DNA from: Enoplolaimus lenunculus
Lineage: Eukaryota
Direction of reading: 5' to 3'
NCBI GenBank assembly: GCA_030248215.1
Contig: JASANG010001107.1
Span: forward strand, 682,001-746,000
Length of the DNA stretch: 64,000 nucleotides
Shown: piece after piece, positions 12,075 through 25,783 of the stretch
How positions within the stretch are numbered: the stretch's first letter is position 1
How the letters are laid out: each line of letters begins with the position of its first letter
The notes under the pieces: model-generated
What the model was told of the DNA's origin: nothing
What the model saw: the letters and a program-made list of their open reading frames with translations, nothing else
Database searches by the model: none
Position numbers and translations under genes: made by a program

Positions 12075-13915
12075 ACACAGATTTGGTGCACGGAACAAGA
12101 GTTTGAGATGTGTACAAATGTATCTGCAAGCTACCTGGCCATAACGAAAAATGTGTTTACGTTCTCTAGAGTGAATATATACGCGTCAAGTGAGAAATTT
12201 CTGGTTCCACCACTGGCTGACCACAAACTTGTGAGTTTGAGATCGGCTAAATCCAGAAACAGGAGTTGTGTCATAACCATTCCCAGTTTTTGTTTGCTAA
12301 CCGTCTGTGCCAATGTATAGAACTGGGGCTGAACAGTGGTTACAATATAACTATTGATACAAGTTCGTCAAAAATTAGAGAATCGCTTTTTATACGCGGA
12401 ATATTCGATTGTTTGGAAATCAAATTTGTGAAAACTAGAATATTTGAAACGGAATCATGAAGGCAACATAAGTTCAACAGGTACATTATAATACAAATTC
12501 TAGCTAAACAGCGCCCATGAGACTTAGGTAAAATTTCGGACGAGAGGTGTATGAGAACTATCACTCTTTTGCAGCTTTCCGCGAAATTCGCAGGAAAAAC
12601 AAAAAAATCCGTTTTTCCGTTGGTTGTTTTCCAGTGCTCAACCCTGGCTTATAGTAAACGTCGTAGAAACGAATTAATTTTTGTTCCATAAGGTCAAAAT
12701 ATTGAATTATGCAATAAAATGTTGGCACCTATAAAATTAGTTTCAGTGTTATATATTGGGCGAAATACCTTCGTACAGTTTACAAGCTTTTATGCTAAAA
12801 AATTCAGTAGAAGTGAGCCCTTGCGCTGCGCCTTTGCAGCGTACATAAAGTACACTAGTGGACATGTTGCAAAATTTGCAACCTTTTAATTAACAAAGCG
12901 CAGAACGCGGTTCCGAAGCCAGGGGTTCAGGAGTGGGATGTCAATCTCCTAAAAATTTCCTCGCCTGTAAATCAGGTGACAAAGTTGTTTGTCCTTCAAA
13001 GTTTTAACCCCCATTACGAGAAGAGCTGGCTGTGGCCCTGTCAGAACTAATGCTTGATCTGCCAGTAATGTCCAAATCCTGCATAAAAGGTTTCTCAACG
13101 CATTGAAATCAGAGATGGGCAAAGGAAAAACCAATAGAAAAAACAGTGTTTTCGGTTTTTTCCGTTTTTTTCCGAGGGAGTGGAAAAAACGGAAAAAACG
13201 TTTTTTGATTAATCTCAGTAAATTTACTTTCAAAACAGACAAACCATCGCGCAAGAACCGTGAGAAATTGGTTTTCTCATGCTCCCGTCATCGTGAAGGC
13301 TAATTTACAGGAATTTCCAATATGGACAGCCGCACGATATATAATTGTGCAACTGTCGCGAGCGAGCTGCCAAACGTCATAGTGCTACACCTTAATGCAG
13401 AATCTTACTTCCGCATTCTGATTACTTCCGCATTCGCAGGTGGTTAATTATGGATCATCTACGCTATACTGCACGCGCCTGTGGAAAAAATTTTCCACCC
13501 ACTGCCTTTGAACAAGGTGCAAATCAGCGCTGTTACAACAGCCTAGATACAATAAACAACTGAAAACTAATATTTGTTTTTGTCCACACTCCCTTGTACA
13601 CCTTTCTGAACCAAACAATACCCTTTAAATGGACTCAGCACTAAACGGTACTGCAGCAATACACAATACAAAATATACAAACATAAGTGTAAATTTTTTG
13701 TGCATGTGCGTATTGTATACCTGTAATCTATAGATTTCTCCTAGTCCCTTTTTTAAGGGACTCGGGAAATGGTGCACGCATTATAACGTAGATGACCCAT
13801 TACAGACTTCATACGTCTTCCTTCGAAAAAATGGGGTAAAACCGGCATTTTATATCTACTGGCGTCGTGCAAAAACGTTGGAAACGCGCCAAATTTATTT
13901 GACCGTACTCGTTAG

Positions 13916-14247
13916 CAGGGTAAAATCGGAGGTCTGCCTCCGGCTCCGGCAGAAAATAGACCTCAGGCTCCGGCTCCGGCAGAATTTTTGCCTGAGATTC
14001 CAGAATTTTGGTAGCGAAATTTTTAGTTTTCCAAAATTTATCTTTTTGGCGCGTATCCTTTTAACTTTTCGCACAATTTTGAGGAAATAATTGTCAAGAT
14101 TTCGTAAGAACAAAGCGTAAAACTAAACGATTTTACAACACGACACAGATATTTGCTAAAATTAACAAAATAAATGAAATGTTAACTACGTAATTTCGGC
14201 GCTCTCCGGCTCCGGCTCCGATGTTTTTCAACTTCGGTTGCACCCTG
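13916..14247. mobile_element. hAT-like MITE of the CTCCGGCTCCGG-subrepeat family
   Basis: It has CAGGGG...GGTTGCACCCTG ends and is homologous to 24762-25120 and to fragments near 6500-6620, 10015-10320 and 25533-25640. No clean TSD is visible. Confidence 0.7.
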
Positions 14248-16157
14248 TTCAGCCAGGAGTCTGATTGTGGAAAATTAACACCGTTCGACTCAGCTCTGCT
14301 AGCTCGTCGAACGGTGTATAAAACTTGTTTAACTTTTAACAAAAATACTTTTTATGCCTTATAAGGCGGAAATTTTGGGTATAAAATGGCTATTGAAAAA
14401 GCCGCCAGAAGCCCAAATATGCGAAAATTTTCAAAATCCAGCAATATCTGAGCAAACACCGGCCGGAGATAACCGAAGAAACCCAAATTAGTACATGTGC
14501 CCCTATTTCTTGAACCAATTTGAGAGGGGCCCTTTCAAAGGCTGGAAACTCATATAGTAGGAGTAGGGCGAGGTGAACGACACTTCTCTACATCACAGAC
14601 TAAAAATAAAAGAAACAAATATTGAGTAAAATTTTGGAATGAAGGTTTGATCTCTATTTATGAATACAGACACCAAATTGAAAGAGAGGAAACCTTACAC
14701 ACATTTCACTTGCTTTTTCTCGGCAATTGACCCTAGTGTGGAAATTATTGTGTTCAACTACAGTAGTGACCCGAATACGAGGGGGCTATAAGAGCGGAGG
14801 GGTTCATTTTGAGTTGCAATCAATAGAAGTCTGTATCCGTAGATTCCGTAAAGCGGATAGAGTTCCTAAACTCTAAGTCTATGAATGTCTACTATCCCTT
14901 ATTGTAGTGCTTGATTCCAGGACCAAATAAAGTTTAGTTCGAAACTAAAAAGCGTACTTAAGTTTTGAAAGTACATTTCTAAGTATAACCTCACATTTAT
15001 CGCTCAAACGTTTGATACAAGACACATAAGCGTATAATTTAACGGTGAGTTGCAATGCCGAATATATATTGGTAACGAAGGGCGCCGAAGTCCGGGTTAA
15101 AATAAATAACAGTCCGCAACCGAATAACAGGATGTAGCCTCTAGAGAGGCGAAATAAATATCAGTTCCTCCCCTTATTCGGATCATTAAAGTACTGCATA
15201 GATATCAATGAAGCCTTTTCTATTAAGGTAAAATGATGTAAACAGCTCGTTTAGCTTACATAGCTAGTTGTTTTGTCAACAATTCGGAGTGTACCAAATA
15301 AAACTGCATATACCTCCCTATCTATGGAGTAGTATTTAGTTGACAAGACGGATTACGCCACGCTAATTTTGTGCCAACTTTTTGTTCTGTAACAATTCTT
15401 TAGACAGCCGCGTAGCCAGCTCAATCTAAGAGCCAGGGTCGTGTATTGCACCATGGAATACCCCAATAAATAGCACACACACATAAAAAATCAACGCGTA
15501 ATGCACAATGCATAGTAGCTACGCAGTGCGCAACGTGCTACACTGGTAAATAGCGCATATAATGTTCCAACTACTTCGCACTATCATAACAACAACAAGT
15601 ACATATATACATTGTGGAGAAGAACGCTCAACCTTACAGACCATGCCAAAACCATTTTAGGACTGGTACACGGTTGAAAAATAAGTTTACATTCATTGCT
15701 AAAACAGTTATAAAGAAGGCAAAATTGTGCGTGCGGGGGAAGTCCCATGGCTTATCTGATTACATCTACGGTCTTAAAGTCCCCAATATGATTATGGCAA
15801 ACTTACGTACGATACATATTTCATGTCGCCGCAATGTAGGTATACCGTTCATTGTTCTCGAACGCTTACGTATATATTTGTTTTATGTTACAGGTAGTAT
15901 ATTTAATTTAACTCTTAAAATCATAATACGTACACGTAATTACGATGGTTCCTGTACATCATTAATTTAAATTTTTTCCTCTGGACTGCAACATTTGGTT
16001 TTGAAATCGTGCATAATACAGCTGTACAAATAGGTGTATGTACTGCTCATTACATTAGCATAAAACACAATGGCGATTGTGACCAAATGACAGTCGCATG
16101 TAACTTGCTTTCCAAATATGTACCAAAAATTTTGATTGAAGATAATGGCGCATTAAA

Positions 16158-18967
16158 ATGTCATTTCAGTCGTCTAGAACTGATGGTGGGGCGAGTCATG
16201 TAATCGAAATCGAAGGACTGGACCAAAGAAGGTTACATTATGGCGCCGAAGTCGATGCCCAATCTAACAATGCAACTGGTGGTTATAACACCGATGATGA
16301 CTGTTTACCCTTAAATGGTCGGAATACAACTGATTGCTATATCAATGGAGAAGCCAGGATGCATATCAGGACTGCTGGCGATGGTGGAGTGATAGGCAAT
16401 TCCACTGGAGATTATCATGGAAGAGGTAAGACGTTGTTTATGTTTTGATTGTTTTGTTGTTGCAGACGCTGACACCATTACTTGAGGAATCTAGAAAATT
16501 CAAACGTATGGAAAAGGTTATTGAACTTTTTGCAAGAGGAAGCAAAAATGGTTGTTTGAGGATTCAAAGAGTATATATACCGTGCTACAACCTTCAACTT
16601 GGTACGTATTATATATGTTTTTTGTATTTTCGAAGTGATCTTGTTTTCACTGTGAAAGCTTGGTTCTGGGTCCTGTTTCAAATTATATTGGGGAGTGTAT
16701 TGGTCAATTTTAATGTGTGCTACTAAGAGGCTTTGTTTATATACGTATATATGTGTTCAGTTTTACTAGAACAATCAAAAGTTACTTATTTCAAAATACA
16801 GCAGAAAAATGAATACCCATCCAACTAAGGTTATTTCACCAATAATATTGCAAAAGAGAACATTAAAATGAATTTTTCGGTGACATGTATTTTTCATTTT
16901 CCGGTTCCGTTTCCGGTAATTTATTCAAATTCCGGTTTCGGTAAATTGTAATTCCGGTTGCACCGTGGTATATAGAGTTGCTCCAAGTTATAACACGTAA
17001 AGATAACTATCTATCAACACGAGCTACAATATACGTGATACGTATATGGTTGCTAACTGAAAAAATAAACCATCTACATAGTGTGTAGTGTACAATAAAC
17101 CGTGGGAAATAAATACCGCGTACAGTGCTTTTTTCTGATTTTATTTTTCAAACGAGAACCAAGCGTGATGGTTGTATTTCATGCGAGTCAAATAAAGATA
17201 GCATATAAAACTGGCCCCGGGTAGGCTCCGGCAAATAACGTGTGGGGCAGAGGCCTTCCATAGGGTTCGTTACCGGAAGAGGGGCCAGACTCCGACGCAT
17301 CTCTAATATATACGTATATACACACTTTGTTAAAATTTTTATGTAAACCGGCGGAGTGTTCAATAGTGAAGGTTTTTGTTGTCTTGTCATCTCAAAAATA
17401 TCTTTAATATTACTGCATGACTGTCTTCCTATGTTCGCGTATTTAAGTGTTTTCATAAATCCTTCTTATGTTAAATTGCCCACGGCGTATTGTATACAAC
17501 TGTTTGTATCGTTTGTTATATAATTTTGTATTTATAGAGCTAGGCAGTCATGCACGTAATTCCAACCGCAAAAAATTTATTGTAACTGGAGCATTTTTGG
17601 TCGCATCGATTATGGTTACTGACATTACAACCGCGATCATCCACGATTATTTGCCATATGATAGTCGACCATTACCAGACATTTGGTTTGGTCATGTCCG
17701 GGAACGGGTTTGGCTCAATTCGGTTGCTGAAGGTTTAATGATTGTTGGCGTTTGGATAGCGCTTATCATATCGTTATTCCGCACAAATCGTTGGGTTGTT
17801 ATATCCAGGTAATTACGTTTTCTATACTTGAAGGTTTTTTGTTACTAGTTAAAAGCATTCTCAGTGACGTAGTTCGATACTCGTTCGAACCGTTACATTA
17901 GCGAAACAACATCTAGAAAAATTATGGTATTTATGGTTTGTGCTAAAGTATAGTGCGTACGTAATGTAACGAAAAAACACAGAAGGTAGTAAAATATGTC
18001 TTCATTTTTCATTGATTTAGGATTTTTTTCCTCGCCGGGATTTTGTACTTTGCGCGTGCGATATGTATGTCTGTCACATTGTTGCCGAATCAATCACGTT
18101 CATATCCGTGTGCACCGGCGCTCAATCATACGTCGCTTCCTGCGATTATCGCTCGTGTACGTGATATGATGATTACATTCGGTACGTCATCGTCTGGAAG
18201 GCGTACGGCATGTGGCGATTTAATTTTTTCGGGTCATTCAATGATTATTGTATTATCGGTGCTTGTCTATTCCGATTATGGACCTCGTGCTAAAGGGCGC
18301 ATTGGTCGCGTTGCGTTCATCGCGTACGTTGTAGCTGCGTGCGTTGCAATCTCGTGCATTCTCACGTCCCGTATGCATTATACAGTTGACGTTGTGCTGG
18401 CGTATTATTTAACAACTCGAACGTACTGGTCGCATGCAGCAGAGCTGGACGCAATTTATGGCGTCGATGGCGGCGGCCGAAATGAACGTTCGGTTCATCG
18501 CCTGGCAACAAGGAAGGCCAAGTCTAAATCAGGTGGCCACCGGCCGGATTGCGATACAGAGCGCTTCAATCATACAGTAGGCGCCGCTAACCGGCTGCCA
18601 AATGGCACTGGTTCTGCCACAATAAGTTCTGCGCATGTTAATGAATTGGATCTGAATAATTGCGAAGATACCGCGACATTATTAGTAGGACATACACCTG
18701 GATCGTCTGGATCTCTATCTACTACTCTAGAAACTGTGCTGCCTTCTGCGACAAGGGGTTTTGCGCGGCGCGGTGATTTGATTTCACGGTTAATCTGGTA
18801 TCCTATGATTGATTTTATCGAAGGGTGAATTGTGTCGAAAAGCAAGAGGAAGCGTGTTTTTGCTGATTTGGCACTATTTTGTGCTGGTTTATTTTTCCAG
18901 GTACATGTTTACACGACGCAAATTTGTCCCGTTTTTTGCAACGCTGGTCTTGTGTTGGATACCATGA
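16158..18967 (+). CDS. Sphingomyelin synthase family (SMS/SMSr, PAP2-like) protein
   Basis: Exons are 16158-16425 (or alternative 16508-16601), 17538-17808, 18021-18824 and a possible terminal exon 18901-18967; without it the stop is at 18828. SMS motifs PLPD, YFARAICMSVTLLP, CGDLIFSGHS and HYTVDVVLAYY are present. The first and last exons are less certain than the core. Confidence 0.88.
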
Positions 18968-20642
18968 CGTATATTGACAACATGTATCTTTTCTGGAAAT
19001 AACCTGAGGTGCAAACGTTTCTATGCGCTTTTGGTTTCATCAAATCGAGACCTCGCCGGTTTAGTCTATAGCAAATCAAGTTAGCTTGACCATATTTCGG
19101 GATACTGGTTTGCCTGTTATTTGGACCGTTTTGCTTTGTGATATTCTAGCCGGGCAGCTGCACAAACATACTTGTCGTACGTCAACGAACGAAAGTAGTT
19201 TAAATAGCAAAGCAAGTGCTTGGGTGTTTCTCGGGTAAAATGACGTTTCTTTATTGTTCTTAGCCTTAGCGTTACTCTTAGCTGGATTGGATATGGTCCA
19301 CGACACTTTTTTGGAAAGAAATTTGTGGCAATCGTTTAGGCTTACATATATACATACCCTTGATACAACATGGGTTTAATATGTTCAATCGTTAATTATG
19401 TATCATTACATAACATTTTGGTTCTATGTCGGAGCTTGTGCCATGATTACGCAAGATTTTTTGAACGTAAACGCGATACGTACTTGACACAGAGTTTTCT
19501 GTGCATGTTCTTTGATGTAGCATGGATTACATTTCTGATTTTGTTTTATTTGCTGTTTTTGCTAATAGTGTGCGTCACTCACCGAATTGTAATTTTTGGG
19601 CTTAGTCTAAACCTGGTTTTGGGTTAGTTGAAAGCTCTGCAATGAATCGTACTTAAAACATTAATACCGAATATGTTATTAATGTTAAAGTTAATTTTAC
19701 AAATTTCTTGAGCTTTTTAAATGCAGAAACATGAAATGTGAACTGAACAACGTTGTGAAAATTTAGTTGTTGAATGTACGCGTGTACGCTGCGCTATCGC
19801 ATATTAGCTACATATGCATAATTGAATATTATTGTGTGTTAAATGTTTGCATGCATTGTTTCTTAGCATGAACACATTTCGTATTATGTATGTACTGTGC
19901 ACCTAAGCTTTATTATGTAGTAACTTTTATTTTGAGTTTTAAGCGTTACTGTGTCTGGTGTGTTAAGACAGTTGCATTATATATGGATACTGCGAACTAT
20001 CGAGGTTTTTCTTATATATTTTTTATTTCTGTTATATTTTCACATGTTTCTTTTATTTTGTGGATCATGTGGCGCTTGGTGCTACTTCCTAATTTTGTAC
20101 GCGGCATGAATTGTGGGTTCAAGTTTAATCCGCACTTAGAAATAAGATCATGACTACGGTAGATAAATATTCGTTTTGTGGCGCGGTGGTAGCTTATTCA
20201 AATTTTAGGAATACGTAACTACAAGACATATGTACCCAAAATCAATCGATAACTGTATTTATTGTCTAGATATCATTGAATTTTCGTGCATGGCAAGGAT
20301 TTAATCATAATGGTTATATTGCGCGACTTGTGTAAGGTTTTCTCTGAAATAACAGGTTTTGCTCATTATTATTTCGTATAAATACGCATACAGCATAATA
20401 TATATGTAATGTGAATCAGGCTGCAACTGAGTAGTAATTATATCGGAAACCGAAACCAAAGGTAAACAAATTATGGATTTGTAGTGGTGCTGAGGGGGAG
20501 AAATCTGTGCCAGAAAATACTTCAATCAGAAAACGACAACGTATCTGCTTTTATACTGGAGAGCTAGAGCATGAAATTGACATATAATTGTCACCGAAAA
20601 TTTTATTGTAGCACGCTATGACTTAAAAATATTCAAGTGGCA

Positions 20643-21598
20643 TTATTGAGCGAAGCGAAACTCAGAGCGAAGCTCGGAGTTTCGCGAAGCGTTTTATGTT
20701 TTGTACTTGGGGTCGAAAGGTGGATGTCCGTCCGTCCGTCTGTCCGTCCGAAAAGAACCTCAGGAACGGCTGAACCGATTTTGATAAACTTTTTTTGTTT
20801 GAAAGCCAATTATGTTGGGGTGTTAACCTCGCATTGGGGTTTTAAAATTTTAAGCCGTTTATTAGCTACAGGCTGATTTGCATAATTAATTAAGCCTAAA
20901 TTAGGACTTTCCACAATATTTCACTAATTATTACAGTTAGAAGCAATCTAATTTTAGCATTAAAGGGTTTTTGGGTGCGACGAATCAGCGTAGACTGTTT
21001 ACAAACCTCCAAAACCGATAATTGAGCAGGTAGCTAATACATAATTTGCATATTAGCATAGTTTATAAGCCTAAATTAGGACTTTTTACAATATTTCACT
21101 AAGTATTAAGGTTAAAAGCAATATAATTTCAGCACTAAAGGGTTTTTTGGCGCGAGGAATTTAAATAAATAGTTTACAAACATCCAAAACCGATAATTGA
21201 ATAGTTAGCTAATAGCTAATTTGCATATTAGCTTAATTGACAAGAGAACTAGGGCTTTTTAAATTATTTCAATAATTATTAGGGTTTACTGAAGGTTTTT
21301 GGGTGCCAAGAATCTGAATAAATTATTTACAAACCTCCAAAACCGATAATTGAATAGTTAGCTAATAACTAATTTGCATATTAGCTTAATTGACAAAACA
21401 AAATTAGGACTTTTTAAATTATTCCAAAAATTATTAAAGTGACTGAAGGGTTTTTGGGTGCGAGGAATCTGAGGACATTGCTTACAAACCCCCAAAACCG
21501 ATAAATGAATAGTTAGCTAACAACTAATTTGCATATTACCTTAATTGCTTACGTGTGTTCGAGCTTCGCTCAATAAATGTAGTCCCACTACGACTGGT
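20643..21598 (+). mobile_element. Non-autonomous Helentron/HINE (DINE-1-like) element, copy 2
   Basis: Same architecture as copy 1 in the opposite orientation: ttattgagcgaagc...gtccgtccgtccgtctgtccgtcc...gagcttcgctcaataaatgtagtcccactacgactggt. Confidence 0.85.
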
Positions 21599-23358
21599 AT
21601 GTTTATTTTTACCATTTCTGGTTAGACTTAATGCAGCGCTTGGTTGTGTAGGAACTAAATCTCGGTTGCGTTCTGATCATACGGTCGCTGTCTTCAAAAT
21701 GTAAGTGGTGCTTTCAATTACGGTCTTGCACTACATTTGCTGTAACTCTTGGCATATTTGTTTCTCATGGTGCTGTTGAATGGTGTGTTATTATGTCGTT
21801 TTCGTTTCTTTTTCTGCAATATTTATATTTCTGTTGGATTGCGTTCTCAGTATGTAAAAGCAAGTAAATGACAAGTTTAGTTAATACGTATATAATTTGT
21901 CATATCTTATACGGGCATTGCAGTAGCTGAGCTAATTGTGGTTAAATTCTTTGTCTGTGTTCACTTTTCAACAATTTAAATTTTATATGTCGTTGGACTT
22001 TTAATAAAATTGTTGGTGTAAGTTTCATAAAATTACAATTCATCGAATCTTACAGCATAATAGGTTTACTCGTGTTGATCAGCGATATGCATATATTCCG
22101 AACACAAAAGTTGTTTTAAATTGCAATTTTTTGCTAGCACACGAGGATGTATTTCAGTGGCTTTATAAATTTGATTAAATTTAGCTTGCAGTTAATGTCA
22201 GTTGTTCCTGTAATTTCGTTTGTTCTTATATTGAACCGATCGCTTCACTTGTAACACGGTACTTTTGGTTGCAATGTTTACTTCTGCAATAACAGCTCAT
22301 GTTGTTTTTGTGTCTAGACAAGCCATTTTTACGTTAAAATCTAGTATTGTGTATAATAAAATTTTGCGTAGTGTATATAGTGTGAAATGGAGCGATTTGA
22401 TTTAGGTTTCACATTTGTGCATTGGGTTGGTGTATGGACTAGGGACTATAGATAGGCGCCGGATATCCGCTGGTTATCCTAATCGCTACTGTTTAAAAAA
22501 TATTTTGAAATAATTTACAATGTTTTACTACTAAAGTAGCTGGAGTTTACGAAAAGAAATTGTGTAAAAGCACTTGGAAAATTAACAGTAAATTTGGTAT
22601 ACACACAGCAATTATAAAACAGGGCCGGATCGTTTTACGGAGGGGCTGTAATAGAGTCAGTTTAACCTTTAGACATTTTTTGCTTAGGCTTAGGAATGGG
22701 CTCATCCGTACGCTTAGGCTTAGGTATATGCTTATACTACTGTTCCGGCCCTGTTCTATACATGGGCCGATTCTGTAATGTTGAGAGTAAAACATTTTTG
22801 GTATCGCAGTAAGTCCATATGAGATCACAAAAAGTTAACATATATATCAAGTGTTAAAAAATTAAAATTTAACTGAAATCATCAGGGGAGGTTCTGAGGC
22901 CAAATCGGCATTGTTCTGATATATTAAGATTAGGGCGGGTCCTATAAATTTGGACCAATATTACTTTAAGCAATGTAACAACCAAAACCTCAGCGTGATA
23001 AACACAAGTCAAACAAAACTTAAGCGTAGCACAAGCAAAAAATTAGTCTAAAGTTTATGTGTACTCTAGCGAGAAAGCAGGCCTTAGGGGATCTAGAGGA
23101 CGGCGGGCGGGTGTACGCCGCCTCCCTACCTTACAATTTTTCCCCTCATAAAATTTTTTGTAAAAAAATGGTAAGCTCCCTCCTACCTTAAAATTTTCCC
23201 CTTCAGGAAATTGTTTTAGGTGAAAATGCAGTGGTTGAAATCAGACGAAGCCAAACCAGATCAATTCAATTTCAGGTGGCCAGCGCAAGAATATAATGGT
23301 AGCAATGTTCTAAACCGAATACCCAGGCCAGAACAATTGAGGACATGCAGAATAACAA

Positions 23359-24002
23359 TACATAATGATTTTAGAATTCTATGTTTTACGCTTATAACAA
23401 TCACCGTGTAAGTCAGGGTACTTTTTTAGAGCAACCAGTTAAAACAAGCGCTAAACAAACGAAAATTGATGTTCAGTAGTGATGGGCATGGGATATTTTT
23501 TCATACCCGGATATACAGCACTTCTTGCCGATATTTGTCTGGATATATCCGGATATCCGAAATGAAATTTTCCATTTCGGATGTCCGAAACTCGATTTTG
23601 TGTTTTTTGACTTTCCGAAACTCAATTTTCGTTTCTTAGCCCTTTCACTCATAGAGTATACTATGAGCAACTAAATACAATAATGTACGAGCAATACACA
23701 CACTGTTAGCAGTGTTTAACATTTATAACATATATGCGCAGTGTAAAATCTCCACAACACGTGAGAGTCCCCTCGGACTCGAGCGTCAAGCTCCTATAGC
23801 ACAGTGGTCATCGTAAACGCCTCCCACCGGTGAGACTGGGGTTCGAATCTCGCCTTGAAATTGCATCTCATGTGAAATTGCAAATATTCATGTGAGAAAG
23901 GGTTAAGAACTTGTTTTAACTTGTTGCTCTAAAGGAAGTACCCTGACCCTTAAACAAATTGATATGAGCATAAAAGATGCAATTCTAAAAATCGGTATTT
24001 AT
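23359..24002. repeat. Degenerate ~90-bp inverted repeat pair enclosing MITE fragments and the tRNA-like sequence
   Basis: GTCAGGGTACTTTTTTAGAGCAACCAGTTAAAACAAG (~23412) is the near reverse complement of CTTGTTTTAACTTGTTGCTCTAAAGGAAGTACCCTGAC (~23910-23948), and the similarity extends outward. Confidence 0.7.
23790..23855 (+). pseudogene. tRNA-Gly(CCC)-like pseudogene or tRNA-derived SINE head
   Basis: It has an A box TAGCACAGTGG, an anticodon-arm-like CGCCTCCCACCGG and a B box GGTTCGAATC. The acceptor and anticodon stems do not pair properly. Confidence 0.55.
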
Positions 24003-24733
24003 TATGCCAGTACTGTAGTGGCCCGAATAAGAGAGGGTACTCATTTTGAGTCCGAATCAATACGAGTCCGCATCCCTAATAAGAGTCCGTAAGCGCATAG
24101 AGTCCTTAAGCCCTAATTAGAGTCAATAAATGTCAATTATTCCTAATTGTAGCGCATAAATGACTCCAGAATCAAATAAAGGTGAGTTCAAAACTTTGAA
24201 ACGTACTTAAGTAGAGGTTTCTATTATTACAATTTTTGCTTAGGCTTAGGGATTAAAGATTTTGAATCATCATGGAACCATTATGCCAGAACGTGGTGAT
24301 ATTCTGACTGAGGTTTGGATACAGAATTTTTTCGTCAGCTCCAGTTACTTTGGTGGTGAAACCATGCAAATTATATATACCAAAAAAAATTTAAGAAAAA
24401 AGCATTTCGGATATCCGGATACACGTTTCATTTAGAATACATATCCGGATATTTTTCATATCCGGATATCCGGTGCCCATCTATAATGTTCAGAAACCCA
24501 AAAAATGCAAAATCAAGTTTGGGATATCCGAAATAGAAAGTTTAATTTCGGATATCCGGGTATGAAAAACCGATAACTACTAGGAACACTTCTAATGCAA
24601 GGCTTGCTTGGTTTGAATGCTTAAAGGCTACTGAGACCTTACATTTAAATGTGTCTGCCACGTTTACCAAGAAATGTGTTGTATTATTCACCCAAGTATT
24701 TTTCTGTACTGTGTATTCTATTTTAGTACAAAG

Positions 24734-25466
24734 CACGGTGTAGCCGGATATTCGTTTCCGGCCGGGTACAACTGGAAGTCTGGCTACGGCAGAAATTCGA
24801 CCTCTGGCTCAGGCCAAAATTTTACCTCCGGTTCAGCCAGAAATTCGACCTCCGGGAAGGAAATTTTACATAGTTTTACGAAGAATTTGTGTGGTTTGTT
24901 TCATGTTAACTTTTGGTACAATTGTTAGGAAAAAATTGTCGAGATTTCGCAAAAAAATAAACGTAAAACCACAAAGATTTAACAACACCTTACATGTATT
25001 TGCTAAAATTAGCAAATTAAACATTTTAACTATACCTAATTTCGTCTTACCTCCGGCTGCGGCAAATTTTGTTAACCTCCGGTTACAGCTCCGGTATCTT
25101 TCGCCTCCGGTTGCACCGTGGTTTCCGTTCAAAACCGGTATTCATTTCCATATAGAAATACCGGAAATCCTCTATTTTTATGCTTAAAATTGGTTATAAT
25201 CACATGTATATCTCACAGTTTGTCATTATACAGATATGCTGCAATTGTTCTGTATGAAAATAAATAACAATTGCAAAATTCATTCAAAATCTTAAAAATC
25301 TTGTTGCATCCGCTATTTTTAATTTTTGTAAGCCAACTGAATATTTGCATGCCTCAATTGTTTTTGCAGAATGATTAAACATCTTTAAACTTATGCTTCA
25401 ATATCCATTTCCGTTATTTTAATCACTATCCGTTTGTGTTATTTTAATACTATCCGTTACATCCTG
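24734..25466. mobile_element. hAT-like MITE with a second hAT-like MITE (24762-25120) nested inside
   Basis: The outer element has a perfect 8-bp TSD GTACAAAG (24726-24733, 25467-25474). The inner element ends CCGGTTGCACCGTG and is flanked by GTTTCCGG / GTTTCCGT. Confidence 0.8.
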
Positions 25467-25783
25467 GTACAAAGCAAACTCGGTTTCTGAGTTTCATATA
25501 TACTGCGGTTTTTGATTCAGCTTGATACATTGCAGGGTATAACCGGAGGTGTGCCTCCGGCTCCTTCAGAAAATCGATCTCCGGCTCCGGTAGAATCCTT
25601 GCCGGAGGTTCCGGCAATTCTGGTAGTGAAATTTTGCAACGGCTTGGTTCTTCTAAACGTGTGTCGGGTAAAAATTTCAGCAGCTTGTATACCCACGGGT
25701 AAAGATTTGTACCCTGCGGGTTACAAATTGACAGATTTATCCGCGCCAAACCTTTGAGAGGTAAGGAGCAAAACATACGCTGT

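Noticed and set aside
12100..12560. Cluster of short ORFs downstream of the Amt stop
   Set aside because: There is no recognisable domain or consistent splice structure; this is probably 3'UTR or intergenic DNA.
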